Assembly (NCBI GenBank): GCA_963770935.1
Contig: CAVYRJ010000005.1
Coordinates: 1 to 64,000 of the forward strand
Length of the DNA: 64,000 nucleotides
Origin: Candidatus Bathyarchaeota archaeon
GTDB lineage: Archaea; Thermoproteota; Bathyarchaeia; Bathyarchaeales; Bathycorpusculaceae
Direction of reading: 5' to 3'
The position numbers and the translations under genes were made by a program. The notes under the pieces are model-generated. The model searched no databases. It had not been told where the DNA came from and worked only from the letters and a program-made list of their open reading frames with translations. Shown here one piece after another: positions 20,861 to 31,729 of this stretch. Position 1 is the stretch's first letter. Every line of letters starts with the position of its first letter.

Positions 20861-21819
20861 TTGAAAAACAAAATTCTATCTTTAAGTCTCATGTTACTAT
20901 TAGCAACCGTGATAATTATCTCCATTTCACCACCAGTTAAGGCTGTAGGTTTAGGGCAATGGATAACAACGTATAAAATCGAAGACTCGACAGGGCAACT
21001 TTTAATTCAATATAATCCTGCGACAAACACAACCAACATTTTAGCCCCAGTTTTACCCGGAGCCGACATTGTAGTGACGTTCACTGTTGATGTTATCGCA
21101 CCAGGTTCAGATACATTGAAGCTTGGCACGAGCTTGTCTAAATCAACATCGCATCCTAATGGATTCTGGGAACTTCTAACTGAAACCTATGACATGGGCA
21201 TCTACATACAATCCAGCATCGCAAACTACAACGTTCAAATGGACTGTCGGAACTTTTGATATGGTACTTTATGGAAAAGTTCCACTTAGCGCATCAAACA
21301 TCGCACGCCCAGTAAACGTCGTTATTTTGTCAAGTGGCTCAGGGGGTGCTCCGCTTGACTCAATAATTGTTCAAGCAACCAGCGCTGATTTAGCGAATTT
21401 CAACGTTCTCTACAGTCAACAAGAGGAAAAACTGAATTCACTCATATCAAGCGGAGTTTCTGCAAGGCTATATCGAGATTTACACTAATGTTCTCAATGC
21501 TTCAAGAGCTATAGCTAATTCAGGTGACGTTACCAATGCAATTGCGCTCTTAAATGGACTCAACGTTGCCAATCCACCAGCATCCTCAGCTATGGAATCA
21601 CTATTCTTACCTTTAGTCGGTGTACTGGCTGCGGTAGCGGTTGTGTTCGTGGTCTTGTTCCTACGGGTACGGGGAAAAATTAGCTACTTACAACTCGTAG
21701 TTGAAGACCAAATTAAAGACTTAGAAGGCTTAACGCTTAGGGCATCAAAGATCGACAGAACAATGTCGTCAAGTTTAGAATCAGTTAAAGACAGATTGAA
21801 AAGATTAGTCGGGATGTGA
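20861..21819 (+). CDS. Single-pass membrane protein with signal peptide, extracellular domain and cytoplasmic coiled-coil tail (frameshifted)
   Basis: GGAGGG before TTG; signal peptide ending VKA; three ORF fragments; C-terminal TM followed by a heptad tail; stop overlaps the next start. Confidence 0.65.
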
Positions 21820-24501
21820 TAGAAACGCGAATCTACCAGAACAGTGTTCAACTAATAGGTATCGGTTCAGCAGGCACCAACATAGTCGAAGCTTTCCTAA
21901 CCAACAAAAAGACAAAAGAGCTAATGGAAAACGACCTGACACGTCTTTCTCTTTTAGCCATCGATATAGCTGACCCTGAAATCCGAAGCCTACAAGAAAC
22001 CAATGAGCAAATAGCAAAATCAATGATTAAAGCAGGCATTCCTCGCGAACGAATGCGGCTAATCGCCCAGTCTGTAAAATTCCCGACTGCCGAAGCCATG
22101 TTCGATTTTATCAACCAAAAATACGGCGAGTACTTAGTAGGTGAAGGTTCAAAGCTTGAAAACTTCGTTCCCTGGCTACAAACCACAATGGCTATTCCAC
22201 CAATGGCTGGTGGCGCTGGCAGAAGAAGAGCTCTTGCAAAAGCAATCTATGCACTAAATTACTATCAACTCGGGATCATCCGTAATTGCATTAACGCTTT
22301 CAAAGAACAAGCGCTTTCATCTATAGTGACTCCGACTGTAATTTTGGTTTATGGACTTGGCGGTGGCACTGGAAGCGGCGTTTTCTTTGACTTTGCTAAG
22401 GCACCTTCGAAAAGTATTAGGTTCCGGCGTGGCAATCATTGCTTTCGTTATTACACCATGCGGTGGCGATGATCCCCCAGCAAAAGGATGCTCAGCCTTC
22501 GTAGCCATGAACGAACTTTCACTATTACTCAACAAGGACTACAACGAATACGTCATAAACGAATTCGGCGAACCTTACCGAAACCCTCTCAACGCTCTTA
22601 TTTACTTGCCATTGTTACCTGCCTTCTCAAAGGTTGGAAACATTGTTAGTGCCAGACAAGAAATGGACCAAATGTTCGTCGACATGCTCTACGTTTTGAT
22701 GGACTTTGACTTAGCAGACCTTCTAGGGGGTATAGGTACCGAAGTAGGACTTACCAACAATTCAGCGCATACCTTAGGCATGACCAAAGTGACGTATCCA
22801 GTTGAAGATTACATTATGGCTTACAAGTTGAACTTTGAAAGCATGCAACTATTGCAGGAATCAAGGAAAGAAAAACTTGATATCATGGAAGAAATCAACA
22901 ATGTTATTAAAGTGGACAGCGACGTTACCCGAGAACTCTTCAAGAACTATCTTATAAAAACTGGCACCTTTAATGAAGAACAGTTCGAAGAAAAGCTGAA
23001 AACCATCATAAACAGCAACCCACGGCTTGAAGACGACAGAACCTTACACGTTAAAGGTACAGAGATACAAGTTAAAAACTGGCTAGACGACATAATGAAG
23101 TTTCTATCTACAATAAAGCTTATGGGCAAAATTGGTCCCATTGAAGAGGCAATCATAAACTTAACACTGCAAAAGGACGGCCACAGAAAACTAGACAATC
23201 TTGAAATCTTACTTACAAACCTAACAAAAACCCATCTGGATTTCCCACAGCGAAAAGCAGCAATTGTGGAACGCTTAAACCAGCTCATTCCAAGCTCACA
23301 AATATTCACCCTAAGACAAAAGAAAGTCCTTGAAGATCTCGTCAACATTGCCGAGCTCGCTGAAAGATCCCTTAGCATACTTAAATTCTACGACGAAACC
23401 CGATACCTGACAGACGCATTAATGCGTTACTACGAAGTTCTACCAGATTCCAAAGCTGAACTTCAAGAGCTAAAAGACATTCAAGATGAACTCGGAACTA
23501 TTTACCTGGTTATTCAACTCATGCTAAGAACACCAGCCGACGAAGCCAGAATGATCGACGAACATTTAACATACATAAATGAAATTCTCACACGCCGCAT
23601 GCAGAAAAGAGGCAACTTTGACAATGAAGTCATGAGAGTTCAAGAGATAAAGAAACGCAAAGAATTCGACAAAACCAAGATGGAGAGACAAGTCAGAAAG
23701 TTCCTGAGCGGCAAACGATATGCAAGAGAACAACTGTTGGAAATCGATAGAGAACTTAAACGCGTTGAACAGGAAGAAGCTTTTGCAATTGAAAACCTCG
23801 ACAAAGTTGACAGCACAATCAAACTTTACGAAAAATTGGTAAAACGGTTCGAATTAGTAGCTGAATACCGCAAACGATTGAACAAGATAGTTGATTTACA
23901 CAATGAGTACAAAGCTAAGACTGCAGAAATAGTTTCACAAAAACCCTATTTCGAGAAATCAGCCGATCTAACTGAACGCGAACAACTAAAAATAATCTTC
24001 AAGATACTTACTGAACAAGAAGATACACTAACACGCGAAGTAATCTTCAAGCAAATCCTCGATATGGACCACTTCAAAGACTATATGAAAAGCGTTATCC
24101 GAGCCTTCAAGACACCAAGCATAATGGGATTCAAACCCACTTACAAGACCGACTACATATGGGTAACTATCTCGACCCCACCTAACATGTGGTCAGAAGA
24201 TCTTTCGCAAGAAGTCTACACTGCACTAGCAGGATATGTAACCAGCGAAGTTTCAAGAACAATCACAGTGCGAGTAATTGAATCAAGAGACGAATGGACG
24301 ACCCGCGTTATGGTGGTAGCCGGACGAGGCAGACCCGAAGACATGGAATCATGGGATGAAATGCAGCTCCTCTTCAGCAAATCCAGCGAATTCGAAAGAC
24401 ACCTATCACGTTCATTCCTACTAGAGCATGGAGTGCACGCTACCAAAATAGTTAAAGAACTTAACCATGCCAACAGCGGCAACAACAATAATAAAAAATA
24501 A
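21816..24501 (+). CDS. Giant tubulin/FtsZ-superfamily GTPase with coiled-coil insertion (one frameshift at ~22398)
   Basis: GIGSAGTNI (T1), GGAGRRR (T3), GLGGGTGSG (T4 signature), DFDLADL (T7-like); long charged helical middle region. Confidence 0.85.
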
Positions 24502-24536
24502 ATAACAACAGCAGAAGTTTTTTTGCCCTTCTGCCT

Positions 24537-24767
24537 TTAAGGTTTTTTCCTTAAATTAACTTTCTTTAGCAGGTTTCTTATTCGATCTGTAATTTTTGGT
24601 TTGTTGGCGTTTTTTGTTCCTTCCATTTCTCTTTCGATGATAATGGGAGGAGCATCATCACTTTTTGCTTCGACAGTATTTGGCGTAGTGTTTGTCATTT
24701 CTTTGTTTTCAACCAATTCATCTATTTTTTCAACGGATTCTGTAGTCATTTCTTTGGGTGTTTCCAA
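24537..24767 (-). CDS. Small acidic protein with basic amphipathic C-terminal helix
   Basis: Starts 2 nt after the upstream stop; ends ITDRIRNLLKKVNLRKKP. Confidence 0.5.
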   Translation of the reverse strand: METPKEMTTESVEKIDELVENKEMTNTTPNTVEAKSDDAPPIIIEREMEGTKNANKPKITDRIRNLLKKVNLRKKP

Positions 24768-24769
24768 TA

Positions 24770-25932
24770 TTACTTGCTCTGGTTCACAGTGGGTACTTCA
24801 GGAATTTGTGGTTTAGCTTCAATTTTGGGTATAACTTGCCAGTCTTCAGTCATCCAGCCCTTCTCAACTGCTTGATTCTTTAGTGCTACTACTTTTTTCT
24901 TCATGTGAGCAAACATTTGGGTAGTGTCAAAGCCGCCTAATAGCAAGGTTACGTCTACTCGGTCAGTCATGTCTTCGGTGTAGACCGGTTCAGTTACGTA
25001 GATTGATTTGAGGTTTGCTTTATCTCCAAACCACTTGGTTATTGCTAATTCGACTTTTCCCCTCTGAAGCTTATCTTTCAGGCTCAGTGGCATACGTAAA
25101 AGCACATAGAGTACTGAGACGCTTGACAGGTCAAAAGTTAAGAGTGGTTTTAGCAAGTGTCGTGTTTAACATGTTTTCCAGTGAACCATAGATCTTGTAA
25201 CTTGCACCGGTAATCAAAAGGACTGTGAACAATTTGCTGTTGAATGTTTTTGATAATTCGGTTACTTCGTCGACGAGTGTCTCTTTAGCTAAAAACAAGT
25301 TTATCATGTAATTTGCGACAGTGTTTCCTTTTATTAGGTTCACCTTGTCTGTCAACGCCTTCAAAGCTTTCAAGATAGTCGCGGTCTAAGAGAACTACGG
25401 TTGCGCCATCGATAGTTTGGCACATTTCGAGGGAAGCGTAGGCGTTGAAATGGGCATCTGCGGGTTGAACTTTGTAGGGTAATATAGCGATTGATAATGA
25501 ATTAATATTTGAATCAATAAACTTTGAAACAAAGGATGGCAATGAAGCGCTGCCTAAACCATCCCAAACTGATGAGAAAATAATTGTTCCGTGGAATTTT
25601 TCCAAGGATTTTTTCTTTAAATTCTCAACTACTGAATTATCTTTTGAAATATACGGCATTACGTTGTACCAGAAATGTGTCTTTACTTTTGCGTCTTCAA
25701 GGTCTAATACAAAGTATGGTTCAAAGCCTTCTGGCAGCCATTTGTAAATTTCCTCGCTTGATTTTTCAATAAAAATTGGTAAGGGACCTTTGGTTATGCC
25801 GTCTTTTACGAACACTTTTATAGGGTATTCACCGATGCAAACTACTGCCTGTCTAGGGAGCAAGGGCTTTAGAGATTCTATATGCTTCTCAACGCTTGCT
25901 AGAACATCAAAAGTATCTTTGCTATCTTTCAT
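24770..25932 (-). CDS. Divergent tubulin/FtsZ/CetZ-fold protein with degenerate GTP motifs (two frameshifts)
   Basis: VVCIGEYP, SSVWDGLGSA, IAILP..QP...HFNAYASL, VLLDRD, KPLLTFDLSS, VDVTLLLGG occur in FtsZ order across three ORF fragments. Confidence 0.65.
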
Positions 25933-25993
25933 CCGAGGTACCTGCATAAGCTTTAAGAGGAGTCTAAGCAAAATAAGGTTTTAGGTTGATTAC

Positions 25994-28403
25994 GTGAAGA
26001 AGCCCTCACTGAAAATTTCTGGCTTAAACTCCTGGTACAAAACGCAAAAGCAGAAGCGTAAAGAAAAGGAAGAACAGGAACGAAACCTTGAGCCTTCGTC
26101 GTTGAAAATGGTTACTTTCGCGATAACTTTGGTTGCCATGGCGCTTGGAATGTCTTTTCTGCCGCTATTCCCCCAACCACTGCCCGTTTTGATCGCTGTG
26201 TTGGTGGCGTTTGTTGCTTACATGAAACCGCAGATTGGGATGCCTATCGGCGGATTTGTCATTGGTTTAGGTTTGATGTATCATTTAGCTGATTTGTCCT
26301 TCATTTCTTTTCTAGGGGATATGGAGGTAAGAGTGGCCTTTATCGTTATTTGGATGGGGTTGTTTGTGGCTTTGCCTCTGTTCTTTAAACGGTACAAGAG
26401 TGCGCTTGCTATCGATTTTGGAATATTGGCCGTAACTATGCTTTTCTTTGCACCTCTCTACTTTTTAGCGATTCCGTTGATTTTGGCCTCAGCTGTGTTC
26501 TTTAAAAAATATGTAGCTCTCACAGTTATCTACTATGCTTTGCTGTCAGTGCCACTTCAAATTATGCAGTATTTCAAATACGTAGTTTTGCCGATTACTC
26601 AGCCTGAGTGGTGGCTTGCACCCGGTTCAAGTCCACCTCTTCTTAGTTCCCTTGAATTTAATTGGCAGAGATCTCACAGCATCGATGAGTCAGTTTCGAC
26701 TCTATGATACATCCAAGGTAATTTACGCTATTGCAGGGCAAACAACATGGACTCCGGATTGGACAGGTCGAACAATCAAAGATGCACTAACCCAGTATTT
26801 GGATTCAATACCGGGCATTTTGATGTTTGTAGTTATTGTGGCTGGGTTAGCATTGACGCTTGTATTCTTCACGAATATGTTGATAAAAGCAGGCGTTCTT
26901 GGCTATGGCGACAAGTTTTTCCAGTGTTTCACTGCAACTCTTGCAGCAGCTTTATTCTTTATTCTGGTAAGTGCTCTACAATTGCCACTCGCCTTTAAAG
27001 CTGACGTTACCCCAATTACAATGATTCTCGGTATTTTTGCGACTCTTCTCCTAACGTTGCCTGCGCTTTTTATCGATTTTACACCAAAGCAGACAACTAA
27101 TCTAAGTGAGCTTAAGCGAAAAGCGGAAGAACTTAACGAAAAATTAGGCGTTTTTGCGGCTCAAGTGCAGAATGTTAAAGAAAATATCCCTGTGGTTGTT
27201 ACTGGTCCAGAAGGAAAATCGTTAGTTATAAAGGATTCAGTTGAGGAGACTCTTAGAAAAATCCTAATGCGGAAATATGACCAATCAGAGTTAGACCAGA
27301 AATTCCAGGAACTTGCCAAACTCGGAAAGGACCAAGATTCTATAGAAGAAGATGTTAACAAAATCTTGTCGGAATACCAAATCTTTGCCAACTGCGAATT
27401 ATCTAATTGGGTAGGCAAACTAAAAGAAGCTGGCTTAGACATCAAAACACCGGTAAACTCTGATTACCAAAAAGAGATGCCCTTGGAGCAACGCATTGAA
27501 GCAATCAAACAGATTTTGGAAGCAGGCAGAGCGGTTGTGCGGGAAGTTGTTGCGGTAGTAGATCCCATTTACGGAATTATCCGACCATTGTATGATCCAA
27601 TGCTTCCTGAAAAATGCCGAGCTGTGGAATTTGCATCTCAGAAGCTTGCAACTAAAGAAGCGCCATGGATTGTCATTGAAGCGCTTGTATACTTCCCTTA
27701 ACAATTGGAGTAGGCAGTATGGAGCTGAAATCCAGACTTCCATGAAGTACCTTAAAAGCTCCTTGCCGCCAATTGCCAATTTGAGCAGTCAGGGCGAGGT
27801 TTTGCCGTTTGTCTTCGGTGAAAACACAACTAAAGTACTTGATTACGCAAAGAAGGCAGAGGCAATGTTGCAAACAGCGCAGAAACGGGTTGAGAGCGAG
27901 AAACTTAGGCATGCTTGATGTGGTTGCGTTGAAGAATGATGTGCTTGAGTTTTTAGGCATTGCCAACGACGTGTTGTCCATGCTTTATAACGATTTAATC
28001 AGCGAGGAAGACTCAATCGAACGTTTACTGCCAACCAAGGATTATCTTATGGGAGCAAAACAGCACACTTCGTGAACGATTAAAGAAGGCAACTGAAACC
28101 CTTGCTAACCCTGCAAACTATAAAATCAACCAGATAATGGAGAATCTACCGCATTACCTCTCATACGTGGATGAATCAGTACAGACACTTGCAATATACC
28201 ACGAACGCAAAGAGTTCCTACTGAATTACCCCTTGGCAGAAGCAGCCATTACGGAACAACTCAAAACCAAAGAAAAACTAACACCCAAAGACTTACCGTT
28301 CCAACCACGCTTTGCCGCAGAATACCTAAGACTCTACTACACCCAAAGGTTTGGCGAGTTTGTATATGACAAGGATGAGCAACTGCTGACAAAAAGGGCA
28401 TAA
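25994..28403 (+). CDS. Large polytopic membrane protein with long cytoplasmic helical C-terminal region (about 4 frameshifts)
   Basis: Five overlapping or adjacent ORF fragments; about 9-11 TM segments, then coiled-coil-like sequence. Confidence 0.65.
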
Positions 28404-28822
28404 CTGATAGTTTTCTTTTTTTTCTTCCTATTGTCGGTTAAAACTGTTGATGCAATCCTAAACCCTTAGTAAAATTACTTTTTAAAAGGTAAAGGCAGGC
28501 TGTAACTATTGAAACTGAAGTGAATTGGAGGTTGCAGTTGAACCGTTAAGTTTCAAGGTTGGTTTTGTTCTGGCTGAAGCTCGAAGGTTATGATGGTAAT
28601 TGTTAGTTGTGCTTTCATCGTTGTCTTTGCTGCATTTTAAAAATGTGTGGTTGTTGTTGCGACTGGCGCACAGCAAACAGTTACAACAACAACTTCTCTA
28701 ACTTCTGTTTTTGATTAATCAAGCGTTTATAAAGTTAGTCCAGAATAACCAAAACTGCTGTTGGTTACCCTTTTTATATTCCAATATACTAATTATTTCA
28801 TAGGTAATTTTGAGGAATAAGT

Positions 28823-29498
28823 ATGGCTTTTTTTACTGACCGTGTTGATGCAGGTAAACGTCTAGCTTCAACTTTGAGCAATTTTTCTGGAAAAAAAGGG
28901 ATTGTTTTAGCGATTCCAAGAGGTGGCGTACCCGTGGGCTTTGAGATCGCAAAAGCTCTTAAAATTCCGTTGGACTTGATTATTCCCCGCAAAATAGGCG
29001 CGCCCGATAATCCATGAGTTGGCTATTGGCGCCGTTGCTGAAGATGGAACCGCAATTCTCGATGACAACTTGGTTAAATATTTAGGCGTTAGCCGAGAAT
29101 ATATAGAAGAAGAGATTGAACGGCAAAAACGAGAAATCAGTCGCAGGCTAGAAACGTATAGGCAAGATGCATCCTATCCGAACCTGAAAGGGTTTGACGT
29201 TATCGTTGTAGATGATGGTATAGCTACAGGTTCTACCATGAAAGCGGCATTGGCTTCTGTCAAAAATAGAGGTGCCGCAAGTATTACGGTCGCGGTTCCT
29301 GTAGGTCCACCTTCAACTATTGAAGAACTTGAAGAAATGGCTGACCGCGTGGTTTGTCTCTACACACCTGAATATTTCCAGGCTATAGGACAATTCTACA
29401 ATGATTTTGGTCAAACGGCCGATGAAGAAGTGATAAAACTGTTGCAGGAAAGCAAGCAAAAACTTGCGTATATTTCAAAGGGAAAGGTTGCGGTATGA
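28823..29498 (+). CDS. Type I phosphoribosyltransferase-family protein (frameshift at ~29015)
   Basis: FTDRVDAG, IPRGGVPV, RKIGAPDNP|ELAIGA, VVDDGIATGST. Confidence 0.9.
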
Positions 29499-30145
29499 TT
29501 CACAATAAAGCAGAAATGAAAATTCCAGTGGGCAACGTAATAGTTGAAGGAACATTGACGTTGCCTTCTGGGACAAGAGGAGTGGTGTTGTTTGCTCATG
29601 GTAGCGGCAGCAGCAGGTTTAGCCCCAGAAACCAGTATGTAGCAAAAGAATTCAATAAAGCAAAAATCGCTACTCTACTTTTCGACTTGCTTACGCCCGA
29701 GGAGGAGGAAACCGACATTGTGACCGCGGAGTACCGCTTCAACATAGGCTTGTTAGCTGAACGACTAATTGGGGCAACCCAGTGGCTAAGAAACGATCCA
29801 CAAACAAAAAAGTTAGCTTTCGGATACTTCGGGGCAAGCACAGGCGCAGCGGCGGCACTGATTGCTGCGGCAAAACTTCCTAAAGAAATAACGGCGGTTG
29901 TTTCGCGTGGGGGACGCCCTGACCTTGCTGGAAAATACCTCCCTAATGTTATGGCGCCGACCCTGTTGTTGGTAGGAGGTTTAGATACTGAAGTTATTGA
30001 ACTTAACCGTGAAGCGATGGAGCAGATGCCTGCTGAAACGAAACTCGTTATAGTTCCAGGTGCGACGCATCTTTTTGAGGAAGCTGGTAAACTTGAAGAA
30101 GTTGCAAAGTTCTCGTCTGATTGGTTCCTAAAGTACTTTCACTGA
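29495..30145 (+). CDS. Alpha/beta hydrolase (dienelactone hydrolase-like) coupled to the PRTase
   Basis: FAHGSGSSRFSPRN, GYFGASTGA, SRGGRPDLA, GATHLFEE. Confidence 0.9.
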   Translation: MIHNKAEMKIPVGNVIVEGTLTLPSGTRGVVLFAHGSGSSRFSPRNQYVAKEFNKAKIATLLFDLLTPEEEETDIVTAEYRFNIGLLAERLIGATQWLRNDPQTKKLAFGYFGASTGAAAALIAAAKLPKEITAVVSRGGRPDLAGKYLPNVMAPTLLLVGGLDTEVIELNREAMEQMPAETKLVIVPGATHLFEEAGKLEEVAKFSSDWFLKYFH

Positions 30146-30291
30146 CATTTTTCTGCAATGCGGGTCTATGGATGAGCCGATTTTAAGTGGTTTTTTTGTT
30201 TAGCCTATTTTTTTACGGTGCATCATTACTGGCAGAGGCATCGACCAGATAATGCACTACCCAAACAAACGAAATGGCGATAAGTACGGCT

Positions 30292-30720
30292 TTACTGCGC
30301 TTTTGGCTGCTTGACCATCTTGAATAGAGCATAGTTTTCTGCGATGTCTGCAGTGTAGAGGAAGCTGAAGGCTAAAATGCTTTCTAGGGGCACATTCATG
30401 TAGGCTTTGTCTCCCTGTACCATTACGGCTTGTGGATCAGAGGTTAAAATCACGTTTAAGATGTCTCCAATCGCTAATTCATCCCCGATTTTGTGGCCGT
30501 CCTCAGATTCCTGGTCGAGAGGTATTGCTGTCTTCCAAGTGCCGCCGCCAAAATCAATAATGACATAGGGGTGCCCAATTTGAATTATAGACGAAATGGA
30601 TATTGAGGGCATGCATTTCTCGCATTGCCCAACAAGCTGGGTCATTTCTTTCTGGTTTAAGGGTATAATTAGAATTTTGTGTTTAACGCTAGATGGATCT
30701 GTGACAGTGAAAAACTGCAT
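30292..30720 (-). CDS. Hypothetical protein
   Basis: 142-aa ORF with ATG start and an upstream TATA-like element. Confidence 0.55.
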   Translation of the reverse strand: MQFFTVTDPSSVKHKILIIPLNQKEMTQLVGQCEKCMPSISISSIIQIGHPYVIIDFGGGTWKTAIPLDQESEDGHKIGDELAIGDILNVILTSDPQAVMVQGDKAYMNVPLESILAFSFLYTADIAENYALFKMVKQPKAQ

Positions 30721-30823
30721 AAAATCACTAATTAACTATTCTTTGGGTGGGCTTTAACTTTTTCTGTTCTGCAGAGCTTACGCTGCCTGAAAAGAGAAAA
30801 AATTAGGTTGATTTGTTATCGGT

Positions 30824-31144
30824 TTATTGAGGTGGTGGTGGCGGTGACGTTGGGGGTTGGTTGTTTATGTTGACGGTTACTTGCTGTTGGTTTTTGTCCT
30901 TCTTCTTGCCCATCATTGCCAACGTGAATATTAGCCAAGCTATGAATCCATAGATTACACCGTTGAAAACTGCAATAATTGCGGTAACTGCATTAACAGT
31001 ACCGCCGATCAAATAGCCCGAAGCAGCCTCAGTGTTAGGCAAAACAGCATCGTAAATGGACTTTCCTGGTGGAATGTTTGTGTTGCCCAAGGTTATGACG
31101 ACAACTATAGCAAAAACAACTAAGAATACTATTGCTCCTTTCAT
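30824..31144 (-). CDS. Small two-TM membrane protein with Pro-rich tail
   Basis: Two hydrophobic segments; KKKDK and PPPPP tail. Confidence 0.65.
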   Translation of the reverse strand: MKGAIVFLVVFAIVVVITLGNTNIPPGKSIYDAVLPNTEAASGYLIGGTVNAVTAIIAVFNGVIYGFIAWLIFTLAMMGKKKDKNQQQVTVNINNQPPTSPPPPPQ

Positions 31145-31458
31145 ACGATATCCATCAGCGTTAATTCGATTGTTTAAAATATAAGCTTTGTTTCAAATAG
31201 CATCTTGTGATCATAGCTTATGAAAATTTACCTTAACAAAATTACATGTAATTTTGAAAATGTTTAGAGTTTTAGTTTGATTAATTTGGAAAAATACCCA
31301 AACGGCATTTTAACTTTATTAACTGGCTTTTAATTAAATAAATTTGACTTGAATATGTCCACCCAGTTTTAAAGGTGGCGACAAAATTAGATTGGAATCA
31401 GAAATTTTATATTTTCAGAAAGCAGTTCATTATATAGCGGCTTTTAGAAGGTGATTTT

Positions 31459-31650
31459 GTGGCAAAAAAGAAAGGTGAACAGTATAAATGCGAAGAATGC
31501 GGCCTTGTTGTTTTAATTGAAAACCCATGTGAATGCGAAGAAACATGCGAACTAGTATGTTGCGAGGAACCTATGAAGCCCGTTAAGGGGACAACAAAAA
31601 GCGCTGCCTCCAAAGCTCAAGTGAAAGCTCCTAAAAAATCCAAGAAATAA
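31459..31650 (+). CDS. Desulforedoxin-like small metal-binding protein
   Basis: YKCEECG...LVCCEEPM; AGGTGA before the GTG start. Confidence 0.7.
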   Translation: MAKKKGEQYKCEECGLVVLIENPCECEETCELVCCEEPMKPVKGTTKSAASKAQVKAPKKSKK

Positions 31651-31729
31651 TCTGGCGAAAAGCTTTTTCACAATACTCTTTTTCTTTGTAAAAGTAGTAG
31701 GAACTTTTTGAGAAGCCATTTCTTGAGTT

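Noticed and set aside
21816-22472. Canonical ftsZ or cetZ call
   Set aside because: Reading continues via a frameshift into a 700-aa extension, and FtsZ-specific motifs (GGGGxN, NTD, PFxxEG) are absent
29009-29020. In-frame TGA in the PRTase as possible selenocysteine or readthrough
   Set aside because: Conserved NP-ELAIGA resumes in a different frame, so this is a one-base insertion
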